Shown: positions 49,604-60,495, counted from the stretch's first letter. The stretch: 64,000 nucleotides of DNA from Nitrospirota bacterium (GCA_963740085.1 CAVUCU010000004.1:192001-256000); one strand, 5' to 3'. Numbers and translations are program-made. The notes: generated by a model from the letters alone, not told the origin.

Positions 49604-50727
49604 ATGTGCGATAGCGGTGATTTCCGCGAAGGGGCCTCCGTTACCAGGACCGTGCCGCTCGCGGAGGCGGTGGGATTGGTGCTGGCCCACGATGTGACGG
49701 AGATACGCAGGGGTGAGTTCAAGGGCCGGGCATTCAGGAAAGGCCACATCGTCCGGAGCGATGATATTCATCGCCTCCAGCAGATCGGCAAGGAGCACCT
49801 CTATGTCCTGACCATCGGTGCTGACGAGATGCACGAGGATGATGCCGCGCTGACGCTCGCCCGCGCCCTGATCGGCGATGGTGTTGCGATGCCGGAGGAA
49901 CCGAAGGAAGGCAAGGTAAGGCTGGTCGCTGCCAGGGACGGATTGCTGACGATCGACCGGGATGCCCTTCTGCAATTCAACCTGCTCGGCGACGTTATCT
50001 GTAGTACGCTGCACAACAATACAGTGGTGAGAAAAGACCGGGTCATTGCCGAGACAAAGGCTGTTCCGCTTGTGGTGAAGCGAACGGTCATCGACCAGGC
50101 AGTGTCCCTGGCCGGGAGTGGTGTTGTCACGGTGAAGGAGATCAGGAAACCGAAGGCAGGCGTCGTGATCACCGGCAACGAGGTTTACCACGGAAGGATA
50201 CAGGACAGTTTCGCGCCGGTCATTGCAAAAAAGATCGAGGCCTTCGGCGGCGAGATCATCGGCACGTATCTTGCCCCCGATGACAGGGAGATCATTCAGC
50301 GGCGTCTGCGGGAACTGCTGGACGCGGGCGCCGACCTTCTGATCACCACAGGCGGCATGTCCGTTGACCCTGACGATGTGACGCGGTTCGCCATCCGCGA
50401 CCTCGGAGCGACGGAGCTCACCTACGGTTCACCCGTCCTGCCGGGCGCGATGTTTATGGTGGGGTACCTTGAGAAAGCACGGTAGTTCGGAGTTTGGAGT
50501 TCGGAGTGAAAACCCAAAACATCCGAACTCAAAGCTCAGGGCCGATCCCCATTCTGGGGATCCCCGCGTGCGGGATGTATCACAAAACAACTGTCCTCGA
50601 TCTTATCCTTCCGAGGGTGCTTGCCGGTGAACGGATCGGCAGAAGAGAACTCGCAGAACTGGGACACGGAGGGCTCTGTCTCCATTGTACTTCGTGTCAG
50701 TATCCGGTCTGTCCATTCGGAAAGTGA
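49604..50727 (+). CDS. MoeA-related molybdopterin-binding protein, interrupted at about 50475-50540 by a repeat insertion/frameshift
   Basis: LAHDVT, ITGNEV, TGGMSVDPDD, PVLPGAM; PILGIPAC...GGLC..C..C.YP.CPFGK lies in another frame. Confidence 0.75.
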
Positions 50728-50781
50728 CGAGCTCGGCGCAAATTATAAGAAGTCGGAATATGTCGACTCGAACCCTCGTTC

Positions 50782-50887
50782 GTCATTCCGAAGAAGCGAA
50801 GCGACTGTGGAATCTTGCGCAGGGCAGCTCCGAGAAATGTCTTTACTCGAATGAATAACCAGGATTTCTCGCTTCGCTCGAAATGAC
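50782..50887. repeat. REP-like palindromic element
   Basis: GTCATTCCGAAGAAGCGAAGCGA...GGAATCT and GATTTCTCGCTTCGCTCGAAATGAC. Confidence 0.65.
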
Positions 50888-50965
50888 AGCACGAGCGATT
50901 TCGGACTTTTTACGAATGCATCAAGGATGTCAAACTACAGGAGAGACAACAATAGGAGGCCCGCG

Positions 50966-52033
50966 ATGAACGGCACAAGGAACATCATAGTACAGTATGG
51001 TAAGAAAAGCATATGGACCATTGCTGCATTCACCGCCGTGGCCTTATGTGCAACGGCCCTCTTTGCCGCTAACCCGGACGAAGAGTTGATGAACAGGGCC
51101 AAATCCATACTCGGCCCGCTCCCTGCGTCAATGCCCTCCCGGGACAATCTTATCACCCCCGAGAAGGTCAAGCTGGGAAACGTACTTTTTTGGGAACCGA
51201 GGATATCCGTTGACGGAACGATAAGCTGTGCCAAGTGCCACCCTATGGGTCTTTACGCCGTCGACGGCCTCCGAAAGTCGGTGGGGAATCACTGCAAGGA
51301 AAATCCCAGAAATGATCCGACCATCTTTAACGCAGCGTCTCAGATCTCGGAGCACTGGATCGGCAACAGAACGAGTGTAGAGGACCAGGCAAAACAGGCC
51401 CTCGTTGGACCACCATCGTATGGCATGCCGAGCTATGAGTCTGTTGAGAAGATCCTCAAGGGGATACCAGGGTATGTAGAGATGTTCAAACAGGCTTTTC
51501 CCGGAGAGAAAGACCCTGTAACCGCGGACAACTTCGCGAAGGCCGTCGGCGCCTTTGAACGGACGCTCGTGACACCGTCAGCCTTCGATGATTTCATGAA
51601 AGGCAATACCGCAGCGCTTACGAACCAGCAGAAACGGGGACTACAGATCTTTCTCGGTGCGGGGTGCGCTACATGCCATTTCAGCCCCTATCTGGGCGGT
51701 CAGATGAACCAGAAGTTCGGTCTTTTCGAGCCATATGAGAAATACACAAAAAGCAAGCCGGTAGATGAAGGAAGATTCGTGGTCACGAAAAGTCCTTCGG
51801 ACAAATATGTGTTCAAGGTCCCGGTACTCAGGAATGTAGCGGAAACCCCTCCGTATTTCCACGACGGGTCCGTGGATAAGTTGGAGGACGCGGTCGTGAT
51901 CATGGCCAAGATCCAGCTCGCGAAGGACCTCACCAAAGATGAGGCGGGAGATATCGTGGCCTTTCTCAAGTCACTGACCGGGACGATCCCCGAGGCAGCG
52001 CTTAAGGTGCCGATTCTGCCGCCGGTAGATTGA
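50966..52033 (+). CDS. Diheme cytochrome c peroxidase (CcpA/MauG family)
   Basis: CAKCH, CATCH, FKVP.LRNV..TPPYFHDG; signal peptide. Confidence 0.92.
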   Translation: MNGTRNIIVQYGKKSIWTIAAFTAVALCATALFAANPDEELMNRAKSILGPLPASMPSRDNLITPEKVKLGNVLFWEPRISVDGTISCAKCHPMGLYAVDGLRKSVGNHCKENPRNDPTIFNAASQISEHWIGNRTSVEDQAKQALVGPPSYGMPSYESVEKILKGIPGYVEMFKQAFPGEKDPVTADNFAKAVGAFERTLVTPSAFDDFMKGNTAALTNQQKRGLQIFLGAGCATCHFSPYLGGQMNQKFGLFEPYEKYTKSKPVDEGRFVVTKSPSDKYVFKVPVLRNVAETPPYFHDGSVDKLEDAVVIMAKIQLAKDLTKDEAGDIVAFLKSLTGTIPEAALKVPILPPVD

Positions 52034-52373
52034 TCGATCATTCTTTCCGCAATTGTCTTGACAGAATCCGGGACCGATGTTATATACACGGGTCCCAGTG
52101 CGCCAACACTGTCGGACAAGCGGAGAATAGCATAACATAATGAAAGTTGAAGGGAGAGTAGTGACTCCATAGCCCTTGGGCAACTATGCCTTGCGGCAAA
52201 AGCACTCGGAATTTTCCTTTATTTCACTACGCTCAAGATAAAAAAACTGAATACCCAGGTAGAAAAGACCTGCTATGTTAAAATGGACTGTTCAAAAAGG
52301 GCTGGTGCCCAGATCTTGTGCCCACTGTCAGGTTAACCAATTGAATATTAAATAACTCGCATGATTATTTTTT

Positions 52374-52389
52374 CGGCACAGGTCTTGCT
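52374..52389 (+). promoter_or_regulatory. sigma54 (-24/-12) promoter
   Basis: CGGCAC-AGGTC-TTGCT: GG at 52375-6, 10 nt, GC at 52387-8; AT-rich flank; about 90 nt before ATG 52478. Confidence 0.75.
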
Positions 52390-52477
52390 ATCTCTGACAC
52401 AAGTATTATTTTGTTGATTGTTAGTCTTGTATCATAAATAACGATAATTAGATATTCGATAGTAAAAGGGGGAGCGT

Positions 52478-55400
52478 ATGAGTGTAAGAAAACCATGCTC
52501 ATCACCATTTGGGATATTTCAGAGATCCGTATTGATCGTCGGTTTCCTGTCCGGTATTTTCCTCGGGACTAATGTCCAGGCATTTACCGTGAACGTGATC
52601 GACGACACGGGCAGCTCCGTTCCGAACTACGAATGGACCGTGCAGGAAGACAATACCTATGATGCCGTCGCAAATGTCGGGATCAAGGGCAATCCGAACA
52701 CGCTCTCGACATCGATCCATAAAAGCCATGCCCATGTGCTGGCTGTGGGTTCCACATCAACGGTCGACCTTCCCTCAACGAACCGCTATTATATTTCAGC
52801 GAAGGCCCCGGGATACACGCTGAATGGCGACATGGTAAAGGTGGGCCAGTCGAGCGTCACGATCCTTCTTCACAAAAACCCGATACCCATGGCACAGGTC
52901 AGCGTGCTTGTCTTCGAAGACAATGCGCCGATCAACGGCGCTCCCGATATACCGGGTGAGAGGTCTTTGCCGAATTTCAAGATCTATATCTATGACCAAG
53001 CCGGCCAGATGTCGACCGACGGCTTCGGAAACCCCATCGGGACCACGTATGACCTCAATACCGGAGATACCATAACGATAGGCGCAGGGTATGTGATTAC
53101 GACGACGGCCGGCGACGGCACGACCGGCAACGCACTGATCCCAAACCTCGCGCCGGGTAAATACGGGATCCGGGCCGTACCGAATGACGGAAGACCCTGG
53201 GTTCAGACGGCAACCATAGAAGGTACGCCCGGGATCGATACATGGGTCATGGCCGGGGAGCCGCCGTATAATACGGAAGCCGGCTTTTTCGGGGTCCATG
53301 CGTTTATCGGGTTCGTACTGCCGACCTCTTATTATCAAGGGATCGGGGACAGCACGACAAATCAGTTCCGGGCATTATTGCCCGGCGAAACAGCGGGAGC
53401 GATCACCGGTCAGGTCATGATCAATCATATGAACCGGCCGCCGCTTCAAGCAGGCCTTGTCCCGAGTATTCCCGTTCCGGAGGCCTATGTGGGGCTGACC
53501 GATGCGGGAAACGGCAACACGCAGGTCTACGCCGCAAAATGCAATCCCGATTCTACCTTTACCATTGCCAATGTACCCCCCGGCACGTACACGTTGACCA
53601 TGTGGGACTTTCCTCTTGATATGGTCATGGATTTCCGTACCGTCGTCATTCCGCCAACCGGCGGGACCGCGGATCTGGGGCAGATCCCGGTTGTTGCGTG
53701 GTTCGGCAGGTATGAGGGAAGCATCTTCAACGACGTCAACAAGAACGGCGTACGGGACCCTGGAGAAGCGGCGATCCCGAACCAGCTCGTCGATATTCGG
53801 TTCCGTGACGGTTCTATCTATTGGGCCAACACGACCGATTCCAGCGGAGAATTCTTGAATAGTGAGGTGTTCCCTTTCTTTAAATATATTATTGCCGAGA
53901 GTGATTATACGCGGTTCAAACCCACAGGCGCCACCGTGTATGTGGACAAGGGGGGGCCCATGTCTTCACCCTGGCCGAATCCGCTCTACCCGCTTCTGGA
54001 AACCCGCACCGATACCGGTCCCTTCCCTTTTCTTCTCGAGGGGATGATGCTGTACAACGGCAGTAACTCCAAGATCGACTGGGGCAGGGTGCCCTATGCA
54101 CCCGGCGAGAACGGCGGCATTGTCGGTGTTGCCTACCTCGCAACAACCCGTGCCCAGGCCGACCCGAGGCTTTCCGTTGCCGAACCATGGGAGCCGGGCA
54201 TTCCCGACGTAACGATAAATCTCTACAAAGTGACCGGCTATGACAGTAACGGGAAACCGATCACGCAGGGCCCGATCAATACCTACCAGACCGACTCCTG
54301 GGATAAGAATCTTCCGACGGGCTGTAAATCCGCAATGCAGGCAGCGGGACTTTCGCTCAATCCACTGGGAATCCCGATGGATACCTACATAGACTGCGCA
54401 GAGACCATTCCTTTCTGGAACCAGACCAAACCCGCCGTGTTCGACGGAGGTTATGCATTCTCCACCGACGCGCAGGGGAACCAGCTTCCTGCCGGCGAAT
54501 ATGTTGTTGAGATGATCATTCCTCCGGGCTATATCCTCGAGAAGGAAGAGGACGTGAACGCGATCGTGTCGGGAGACACGTACACCCCCTCGGTGCCGCA
54601 ACCGGCGCTTCTCCCGGCAGAGTGCGTCGGGGCAGACCATCTGGTACCCGCTTTTCACAGCTCAGACAGCGGCCCGAACGGCATTCCCCAGGGCAGCCCG
54701 ATCGATGTTTCAAGTCCGGTGTTTCCCTTTGTTGGGCAAATTAGGCCTCTTTGCGACAAAAAGCTTGTCCGGCTTGCAGACGGACAGAACGCGGCAGCGG
54801 ATTTTCATATCTGGACGCGTGTGCCGCCGGCGGGCAGGATCGTGGGGCTCGTGACCGATGACCTTACCCCGGAGTTCCGCAGGGGCAGTCCGAGGCTCAA
54901 CGACGTCATCGGCATACCATTCCTTCCTATATCTTTCCAGGACTATACCGGACACGAAGTGGCGCGTACGTATTCCGATGAGTGGGGTCAGTACAATGTC
55001 CTCGTCCCTTCAACCTATTCGGTCAATGTTCCGTTGCCGACGGGTGTAAGCCCGAATATAGTGCAGATCTTTGTGAACCATCGGGGGTTCGATCCGTCGC
55101 ATCCCGATCCGTACTTTAATCCCGGCTACCCGGTTGTCGAGGTCCATATGGACGTCTGGCCCGGGAAAACGACCTATGCGGATACGCCTCTCATCCCCAT
55201 CCGTCCGAATTTCAGCGCCCTTGATTGCGATCTTCCTGACAAGACGCCGATCGTGTTCGAAGTGAACGGGCCTGCAGGCGGGCCCTGGGTAGAAACAACA
55301 CCGGGAACAATCACGATCACTTCAGTGGGCAAGCAATTGTTAAGCGACACGAGCACCAGGGACTACGGCTTCGGAAGTTCCGCGGGAAATGTCTTTGCCA

Positions 55401-57616
55401 CTCCTGTCGGCAACCCTGTGGACAGCATGTCGACCCTGAAGCTTCAGATATCGAGCTGGGCGGATGGAGCGATCACGTTGACCGGAAAGCTCGAGGACGG
55501 CGTAACGCCTCTTCAGAACGGCGACTACCAGCTGACGATCAGACGTGACGACAGCCGCCGGATGAGCATAGCTGCTGCGACGCTCCATGTGGGTGTTCCG
55601 GCGAGCAAGGTCAAACATGTTGCGACCGGCACCGGCGCTATCCAGGCAGCTATCGACAGCGCCGCTGACGGCGACCTGATCCTGATCGCGCCCGGACTCT
55701 ATCCGGAGAACATCATCATGTACAAGAACGTGAAGCTCCAGGGATACGGCGCGGCCTCCACGGTCATCAATGCAGGCTACTTTACACCGGACAAGCAGAC
55801 TGCCTGGCTCGCGCTGCTCAACAGCATCACGAGCGCTCAGTCCAGCACATTTTACATCATCCCCGGAGAACAACCGGACTTCTTCCTTGAGCAGGGCTCG
55901 GGCATCCTGGTGCTCGCGAGAGAGGGAGACTTTACCCAGCTTGATCCGGCCAGAATAGACGGATTGCAGTTCACTGGCGCAAATCTCGGCGGAGGCATCT
56001 TTGTCAACGGGTTCGGCCATTATCTGCAGATCACGAACAATAAAATTACCGCCAACCAGGGGACCGTGGGCGGAGGCATCCGGATCGGGAGTCCGTCGCT
56101 CGTCAGCCCGGGTGATCAGGCGGGCTCGAGTTTCTACGAAAGCTCACATAACGACAACATCACCATCAGCAACAACCTGATCATAACCAACGGGTCCAAC
56201 GGCCAGACGATCGCGAGCGGAGGCGGCATTGGTCTGTTCACCGGCTCCGACAATTATGTGGTGAGCGACAGCTGGATCTGCGGCAATTACTCGGCCCTTG
56301 CCGGAGCTGCAATAGGGCAGCAGGGATTGAGCGACCATGGCCTGATCAGGAACAATTCGATCATCTTCAACCAGTCCTTTGACGAAGGCGGCGGGATCTT
56401 CCTGTCCGGAGAAACGCCGATCGCCGGCCTCGTATCGAACGCCACGGCAACGCGAGTGCTTCCTTCGCCCCTCCTGCTGTCCGCGGGAGCGGGAAACGCC
56501 GTGATCACCGGCAACCTGATCCAGGGGAACAACGGCGGCAATATGGGCGGCGGCATCACGCTCTTCAACTACAACGGTCTGGATGTTCTTTCCAATCCGA
56601 CGGATACGGCGGCATGGTACAAGACGGAGATCTACAACAACCTGATCGTCAACAACATTTCCGGCGCATACGGGGCCGGGATCGCGCTCTTCAATGCGCT
56701 CGACACGACCATCGTGAACAACACGATCTCAAATAACGACTCCACGGCCACAAGCGAGTTTGCCTTCGGTATCGTTCCCAACCCGGCGGGACTGGTGGAT
56801 CTCTTCCTGCCGCCCACAGCCATCACAGGGCCGATGCCCGCTGGCATAGGTATCCAGCCCATCAGCGCCGATCTGGTCTCGGCGATGTCTGCCACGGTCG
56901 CTTCCGGTTACGGCGCATTCGGCGGCACCATAACACCGGTTCTGGTCAATAATATCGTCACCAACAATTTCTCCTACTTCTGGAACGGGTACGACCCGCA
57001 AAACAGCCTGTCTGCCCTCACACTCTCCGGTGTATGGGACATGGGGGTATTCGGCGTACCAACGGCAAAGCTGAACCCCCGGTTCTCGCTGCTCACGAAT
57101 GCAACGGGATATGATCCTTCCAATATCTCCGGGGACCCGAAGTTCATGACCAGCTACAGGAACAACCTCAATGCCGCACAGGGAGGGGCGACCCTGGGCA
57201 ATTTCGTGAGCATCATCTATACTCCCATGACGCTTGTCGGCAACTATCACATCCAGCGAGTTTCACCGGCACTGGATTCCGGCGATTCGACCGCTCTCAG
57301 CACCTGGTATCCTTACCTGAGCCTTGATATCGATACGGAACCACGGCCCATGGGCTATACCGTTCCTGCGAAGCCGGACATGGGCGCTGATGAATTGAAC
57401 TCGAAAGGGGACGTCAATTGCGACGGCGGTGTGACCGCGCAGGACGCCCTGCTGGCGCTCCGGTACGTCGTGGATAATACGCAAACGCTGGCATGCCCGC
57501 AGAATGCCGACGCGGCTCCGCTGACGCCCACGGGCAAGCCGATCGGAAACGGAGTAACGAATCTGAGCGATGTGCTCGCTATTCTGATGCGAGCAACGAA
57601 TCTAGTGATATGGTAG
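52478..57616 (+). CDS. Large secreted protein: SdrD-B/Cna-like and IPT domains, right-handed beta-helix, C-terminal dockerin-like module
   Basis: Signal peptide; FNDVNKNGVRDPGE; IQAAID.A..GD.I.IAPG.Y.EN; repeated GGGI/NN.I; GDVNCDGGVTAQDALLALR...GNGVTNLSDVLAIL. Confidence 0.85.
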   Translation: MSVRKPCSSPFGIFQRSVLIVGFLSGIFLGTNVQAFTVNVIDDTGSSVPNYEWTVQEDNTYDAVANVGIKGNPNTLSTSIHKSHAHVLAVGSTSTVDLPSTNRYYISAKAPGYTLNGDMVKVGQSSVTILLHKNPIPMAQVSVLVFEDNAPINGAPDIPGERSLPNFKIYIYDQAGQMSTDGFGNPIGTTYDLNTGDTITIGAGYVITTTAGDGTTGNALIPNLAPGKYGIRAVPNDGRPWVQTATIEGTPGIDTWVMAGEPPYNTEAGFFGVHAFIGFVLPTSYYQGIGDSTTNQFRALLPGETAGAITGQVMINHMNRPPLQAGLVPSIPVPEAYVGLTDAGNGNTQVYAAKCNPDSTFTIANVPPGTYTLTMWDFPLDMVMDFRTVVIPPTGGTADLGQIPVVAWFGRYEGSIFNDVNKNGVRDPGEAAIPNQLVDIRFRDGSIYWANTTDSSGEFLNSEVFPFFKYIIAESDYTRFKPTGATVYVDKGGPMSSPWPNPLYPLLETRTDTGPFPFLLEGMMLYNGSNSKIDWGRVPYAPGENGGIVGVAYLATTRAQADPRLSVAEPWEPGIPDVTINLYKVTGYDSNGKPITQGPINTYQTDSWDKNLPTGCKSAMQAAGLSLNPLGIPMDTYIDCAETIPFWNQTKPAVFDGGYAFSTDAQGNQLPAGEYVVEMIIPPGYILEKEEDVNAIVSGDTYTPSVPQPALLPAECVGADHLVPAFHSSDSGPNGIPQGSPIDVSSPVFPFVGQIRPLCDKKLVRLADGQNAAADFHIWTRVPPAGRIVGLVTDDLTPEFRRGSPRLNDVIGIPFLPISFQDYTGHEVARTYSDEWGQYNVLVPSTYSVNVPLPTGVSPNIVQIFVNHRGFDPSHPDPYFNPGYPVVEVHMDVWPGKTTYADTPLIPIRPNFSALDCDLPDKTPIVFEVNGPAGGPWVETTPGTITITSVGKQLLSDTSTRDYGFGSSAGNVFATPVGNPVDSMSTLKLQISSWADGAITLTGKLEDGVTPLQNGDYQLTIRRDDSRRMSIAAATLHVGVPASKVKHVATGTGAIQAAIDSAADGDLILIAPGLYPENIIMYKNVKLQGYGAASTVINAGYFTPDKQTAWLALLNSITSAQSSTFYIIPGEQPDFFLEQGSGILVLAREGDFTQLDPARIDGLQFTGANLGGGIFVNGFGHYLQITNNKITANQGTVGGGIRIGSPSLVSPGDQAGSSFYESSHNDNITISNNLIITNGSNGQTIASGGGIGLFTGSDNYVVSDSWICGNYSALAGAAIGQQGLSDHGLIRNNSIIFNQSFDEGGGIFLSGETPIAGLVSNATATRVLPSPLLLSAGAGNAVITGNLIQGNNGGNMGGGITLFNYNGLDVLSNPTDTAAWYKTEIYNNLIVNNISGAYGAGIALFNALDTTIVNNTISNNDSTATSEFAFGIVPNPAGLVDLFLPPTAITGPMPAGIGIQPISADLVSAMSATVASGYGAFGGTITPVLVNNIVTNNFSYFWNGYDPQNSLSALTLSGVWDMGVFGVPTAKLNPRFSLLTNATGYDPSNISGDPKFMTSYRNNLNAAQGGATLGNFVSIIYTPMTLVGNYHIQRVSPALDSGDSTALSTWYPYLSLDIDTEPRPMGYTVPAKPDMGADELNSKGDVNCDGGVTAQDALLALRYVVDNTQTLACPQNADAAPLTPTGKPIGNGVTNLSDVLAILMRATNLVIW

Positions 57617-57681
57617 GCCGCGCGATCGGGCCATCCACCGGCTGTGCGCATCCCGCCGGGATTAACAAAGGGAGGATTTCC

Positions 57682-58980
57682 ATGCGAATAAAATCTCGTA
57701 TCATTTACACGGGTCTTGTCCTTCTGCTTCTGGGTGTGGCCATCCCCGCGTGGGCGGCCTCGGTACAGGTGCAGTACCCCTGCGATATCGATAATCAGCC
57801 GACCGGGAATTTCCCCGGTCCCGAGGATGTCGACTGGAATGGCGATGGCATTATCGACATGCTGGTGTCCAACGGAACGGCCACAGCCTCATGCCCTGCG
57901 ACACTCAAATACATGAGACTTGGCGGGACTGACGGATATTGCCGGATGGCCGACGGGCTCGATCTGTATTCTTTCGGATTCATTGATCTGACAGGCATGC
58001 CGGAAGACACCGTTCTGGATCAGGGATTAAATCACGCCAATATTCCCGCGCCGACGATCGTCATGAACGAAGGTGACGAGGTTTATCTCAACCTGTCGAA
58101 CCTGGGGATGCTCCTTCGTCCTGATCTGTTCGATCCGCACACGGTCCACTTTCACGGGTTCCCGAATGCCGCGACGGTCTTCGACGGCGAACCCATGGCG
58201 AGCTTCGGCGTCAGGCCGACTTCCACCATTACCTATTACTACCATCCCGTGGATCCGGGCACCTACATGTACCATTGTCATCAGGAAGCCACGGAACACA
58301 TGGAGATGGGCATGCTCGGGAACCTTGTGGTACGCCCCGCGCAGAACGGGACTTCCTATATCTACAGCGGCCAGACCTATACGAAGTTTGCTTACAACGA
58401 CAGAGACGGCCGCACGGGATATGATGTAGAGGCGATGATCAAGTACTCTGACATGGACCCCATATTTCATCAGCGGGACGAAATCTTCCAGCCGCCGCGC
58501 TTTGCCGAATTCGAGGCGCGCTATTTTTTACTGAACGGCCGGGGATATCCCGATACCGTCAATACCGGGGAGATCACGAACGGCACGAATAATTACGCTG
58601 CCCAGAAGATGAATTCCAAGATCACGATCAACCGGACGGCTCCTAGTGGCCAGCGGACCATACTCATCAGACTCATCAATCTTTCGGTCCAGCATTTCAC
58701 GAACGTAGAGGCCCCCGGGTTGGGTATTAAAATTATCGCCAAATGCGCGAGGCTTTTGCGCGGTCCGAACCCGACGGACGGCACAGGGCCGGGAGCGGGC
58801 AACGATACAAGCTACTATGTCACTTCCGCGCTTGTGGGACCGGGAGAGTCGATCGATCTCCTCATCGATACGAACGGTGTGGCCGCCGGGACGTATTATC
58901 TCTTTTCGCGAAATCTGGACCAATTGAACAACGATCTGATGGACCGCGGCGGAGTAATGACGGAAATCACCATTATCTGA
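57682..58980 (+). CDS. Two-domain multicopper-oxidase-like protein A (copper ligands only in domain 1)
   Basis: Signal peptide; HTVHFHG; YMYHCHQEATEHMEMGM; LNGRGYPDT. Confidence 0.9.
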   Translation: MRIKSRIIYTGLVLLLLGVAIPAWAASVQVQYPCDIDNQPTGNFPGPEDVDWNGDGIIDMLVSNGTATASCPATLKYMRLGGTDGYCRMADGLDLYSFGFIDLTGMPEDTVLDQGLNHANIPAPTIVMNEGDEVYLNLSNLGMLLRPDLFDPHTVHFHGFPNAATVFDGEPMASFGVRPTSTITYYYHPVDPGTYMYHCHQEATEHMEMGMLGNLVVRPAQNGTSYIYSGQTYTKFAYNDRDGRTGYDVEAMIKYSDMDPIFHQRDEIFQPPRFAEFEARYFLLNGRGYPDTVNTGEITNGTNNYAAQKMNSKITINRTAPSGQRTILIRLINLSVQHFTNVEAPGLGIKIIAKCARLLRGPNPTDGTGPGAGNDTSYYVTSALVGPGESIDLLIDTNGVAAGTYYLFSRNLDQLNNDLMDRGGVMTEITII

Positions 58981-59015
58981 TCCAAGATGCGAGTATCGTC
59001 TGAACGGAGGCAATC

Positions 59016-60495
59016 ATGATGCTGTTTAAGGATATTTTAAGAATTCTGCTGCTGATCATAGGTCTTGCGGTCATCCCGCTGTCACAGGCGGACGCCAAGG
59101 TCCACGGACTGAGCGGTACGTCGCCGACCCCTGTATTCAACTTCATTGCCTCGGCGGCACATATCACCACGCCGGATGGCGGCAGCCTCCTGTTCTGGGG
59201 GTTCGGCGACGCTTCGGCGGGCATACCCCAGTATCCGGGCCCGACTTTGATCGTGAATGAAGGGGATACGGTCACCATCAACCTGACCAATAACCTGGCC
59301 GAGCCTGTATCAATGACTTTCCCCGGACTCGATGTCACCTCGCACGAGGCGCCTCTCTTTCCCATGGGCGACCGGACGATGCTCAATTCCGTGGTCTCCG
59401 AGGCTGCGCCGAACGGCGGTACCCGGACCTACACATTCACGGCAAGCAGACCCGGCACGTTTTACTATCAGAGCGGCTCCAATCAGCCGATCCAACTGCG
59501 CATGGGACTCTTCGGCGCCATCGTTGTGCGTCCGGCCCAAAATGGAACGGCAATGACCATCAACGGCAATGATTACCGGTTCCTTCGGGGACTCTATACA
59601 TTGGCCACGGGCACAACCGGAACCGGCGTCACCAAGACGTTCACCCAGTTCGCCTACGATGACGGCGATGGTTCGACAGGATATGACCGGGAATACCTTT
59701 TTCTTTTCAGCGATATGGACCCGGCGTTTCACAGCTGGATGGAATTCGGCGGCGCTTACGATATCAGCAAGTGGAAGGCCAATTACTGGTTCATCAACGG
59801 CCGCTGCGCACCGGATACCATGGATATGCCGAATGTCGCGAATCTGCCGAACCAGCCTTATAATGCTCAGCCTTTCATGCACCCCGGCGAAGTGATCCTG
59901 ATCAGGTATGTCGCCATGGGCAGGGACTTGCACCCCCTTCACACGCACGCCAATCATGTGCGGGTCGTTGCTACTGACGGGAATCTGCTGAGCACAGCGG
60001 CTACGGGCACGACCGGCGCCGATCTGTCCTGGCTGACATTTACCCTTACCCAGTTCCCGGGAAAAACGCTTTGACGGCACTTTCACCTGGACCGGCAGTG
60101 AACTCAACTGGGACATATACGGCCACAAACCCGGCGACCCCCTGGAACCTTACGAGTACCTTGCCGACCACGGCAAACAGTTTACGCCGAACCTGCCGCC
60201 CATCAATGACACGAACGGACAGCCCGTATCCCAGGGTCTGGCGCCTGCGCAGGCATTTCCTGTGCTTCAAGCGTCAATCGAGACCATCATAGGGGGGCTC
60301 TTCTGGAGCGGCAGCCCCTATCTGGGGTCTTCGGCGCCGGTCGTACCCGGGGAGGGCGGATTCAACCCCTTTAACGGCTACTTCTATATGTGGCACAGCC
60401 ACGCTGAGCGGGAAATAACGAACAACGATATTTTCCCGGGAGGGATGCTTACCATGCTGGGCATCCTGCCATGGTCGGCACCCATATCCGAATAA
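59016..60495 (+). CDS. Two-domain multicopper-oxidase-like protein B (His ligands only in domain 2; +1 frameshift near 60069)
   Basis: Signal peptide; PGPTLIVNEGD; HPLHTHANH; +1 frame open from FDGTFTWTG through YMWHSHAERE to stop 60495. Confidence 0.85.

Noticed and set aside
50483-50485. TAG read-through (pyrrolysine) in the MoeA-like gene
   Set aside because: The downstream conserved part is in a different frame, so read-through would not restore it
52165-52215. c-di-GMP-I/GEMM riboswitch (GGCAA motifs) upstream of the oxidase operon
   Set aside because: Lacks the GNRA-tetraloop/receptor P2-P3 architecture and lies upstream of the sigma54 promoter
60071-60292. Separate 73-aa ORF and separate 77-aa ORF at 60262
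   Set aside because: Both are explained by one frameshift in subunit B; the frame of 60262 is open back to 60070
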